Of a DNA stretch of 64,000 bases, positions 63,557 through 64,000 are shown in pieces. The first letter of the stretch is position 1. Each line of letters opens with the position of its first letter. Both the position numbers and the translations under genes were made by a program. This stretch comes from Lytechinus pictus (Eukaryota). The notes beneath the pieces are model-generated. The model worked only from the letters and a program-made list of their open reading frames with translations, was not told the DNA's origin and did not search any database. Where the stretch lies: contig NC_087247.1 in NCBI RefSeq assembly GCF_037042905.1, positions 59,520,001 to 59,584,000 of the forward strand. The letters are read 5' to 3'.

Positions 63557-64000
63557 TACTAATGGACCAAAAACTTAATCAAGAAGAGAATGGAGCAGAA
63601 GAGACAATATTAATGTCATGGAATGTTATTATGAGAGCAGACCTGACAAGGAAAGAGGCTATACACATCAAGAGAATGTACAAGATCTGGCAAGAGAAGG
63701 GTCTTTTCCCAACATCAGAGCAAAGACTTGCAGATCAGGTACGTGTGATCCAAAGAAATGAGTTACTGACTGAAGTTGAGAGGGAAGGGATCAAAAGAAA
63801 TGTGTATGAACCGTGAGAGATGAACAGGAGGAAGTTCTCAGACCGGGAAGAGAAGAAGAGCAGAAAGAAACAACAGCTCCACTTCAAAGAGAATTGGATC
63901 CAACCACTGACAGATTGGATGAAGAGCAGGAAGAGATAAAGATGAAATTATTGGAGATAAAAGGGGGGTTAACACAAGGAGAGCACCCCATCACTCCTAA
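63557..64000 (+). mobile_element. Degenerate 5' ORF region of an R4/Dong-like (RLE-type) non-LTR retrotransposon; continues beyond the window
   Basis: Across a frameshift the frames read WSRRDNINVMECYYESRPDKERGY / IKRMYKIWQEKG..SEQRLADQVRVIQRNELLTEVE, the N-terminal motif pattern I recall for R4/Dong ORFs. An acidic linker follows after a further break. Confidence 0.6.

Noticed and set aside
63475-63816. Poly-asparagine protein
   Set aside because: The Asn run is an (AAT)n microsatellite fused by chance to a frameshifted retroelement fragment.

Overview
AT-rich, intron-containing animal genomic DNA. The repeat families resemble those of marine invertebrates, possibly a sea urchin (inference only). 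There are two N gaps (44846-44984, 59114-59256) and no CRISPR or prokaryotic system. Contents: (1) a complete minus-strand IPPK gene (inositol-pentakisphosphate 2-kinase; 12 coding exons, 3082-14550, 474 aa by manual splicing). (2) A full-length Tc1 (DD34E) transposon with a single nonsense codon and a triplicated 5' leader. (3) A plus-strand tandem array of three six-exon EPHX3/EPHX4-like epoxide hydrolases. Exon 2 is nearly identical across the copies (125/125 and 122/125 nt), while exon 3 is only about 60% identical. Copy 1 has lost the catalytic His and carries a His at the charge-relay Asp position. (4) Many non-autonomous elements: tRNA-derived SINEs, a Helentron-like HINE, TTAA/TA/3-/4-/5-/7-bp-TSD MITEs, a 1.5-kb palindromic element, a Penelope-like hairpin with a hammerhead-ribozyme core, a hierarchical GGCGCC satellite, and the degenerate 5' end of an R4/Dong-like retrotransposon beside an (AAT)n tract. 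All splicing and alignment was done by eye. Family names come from recalled motif knowledge, not database searches.
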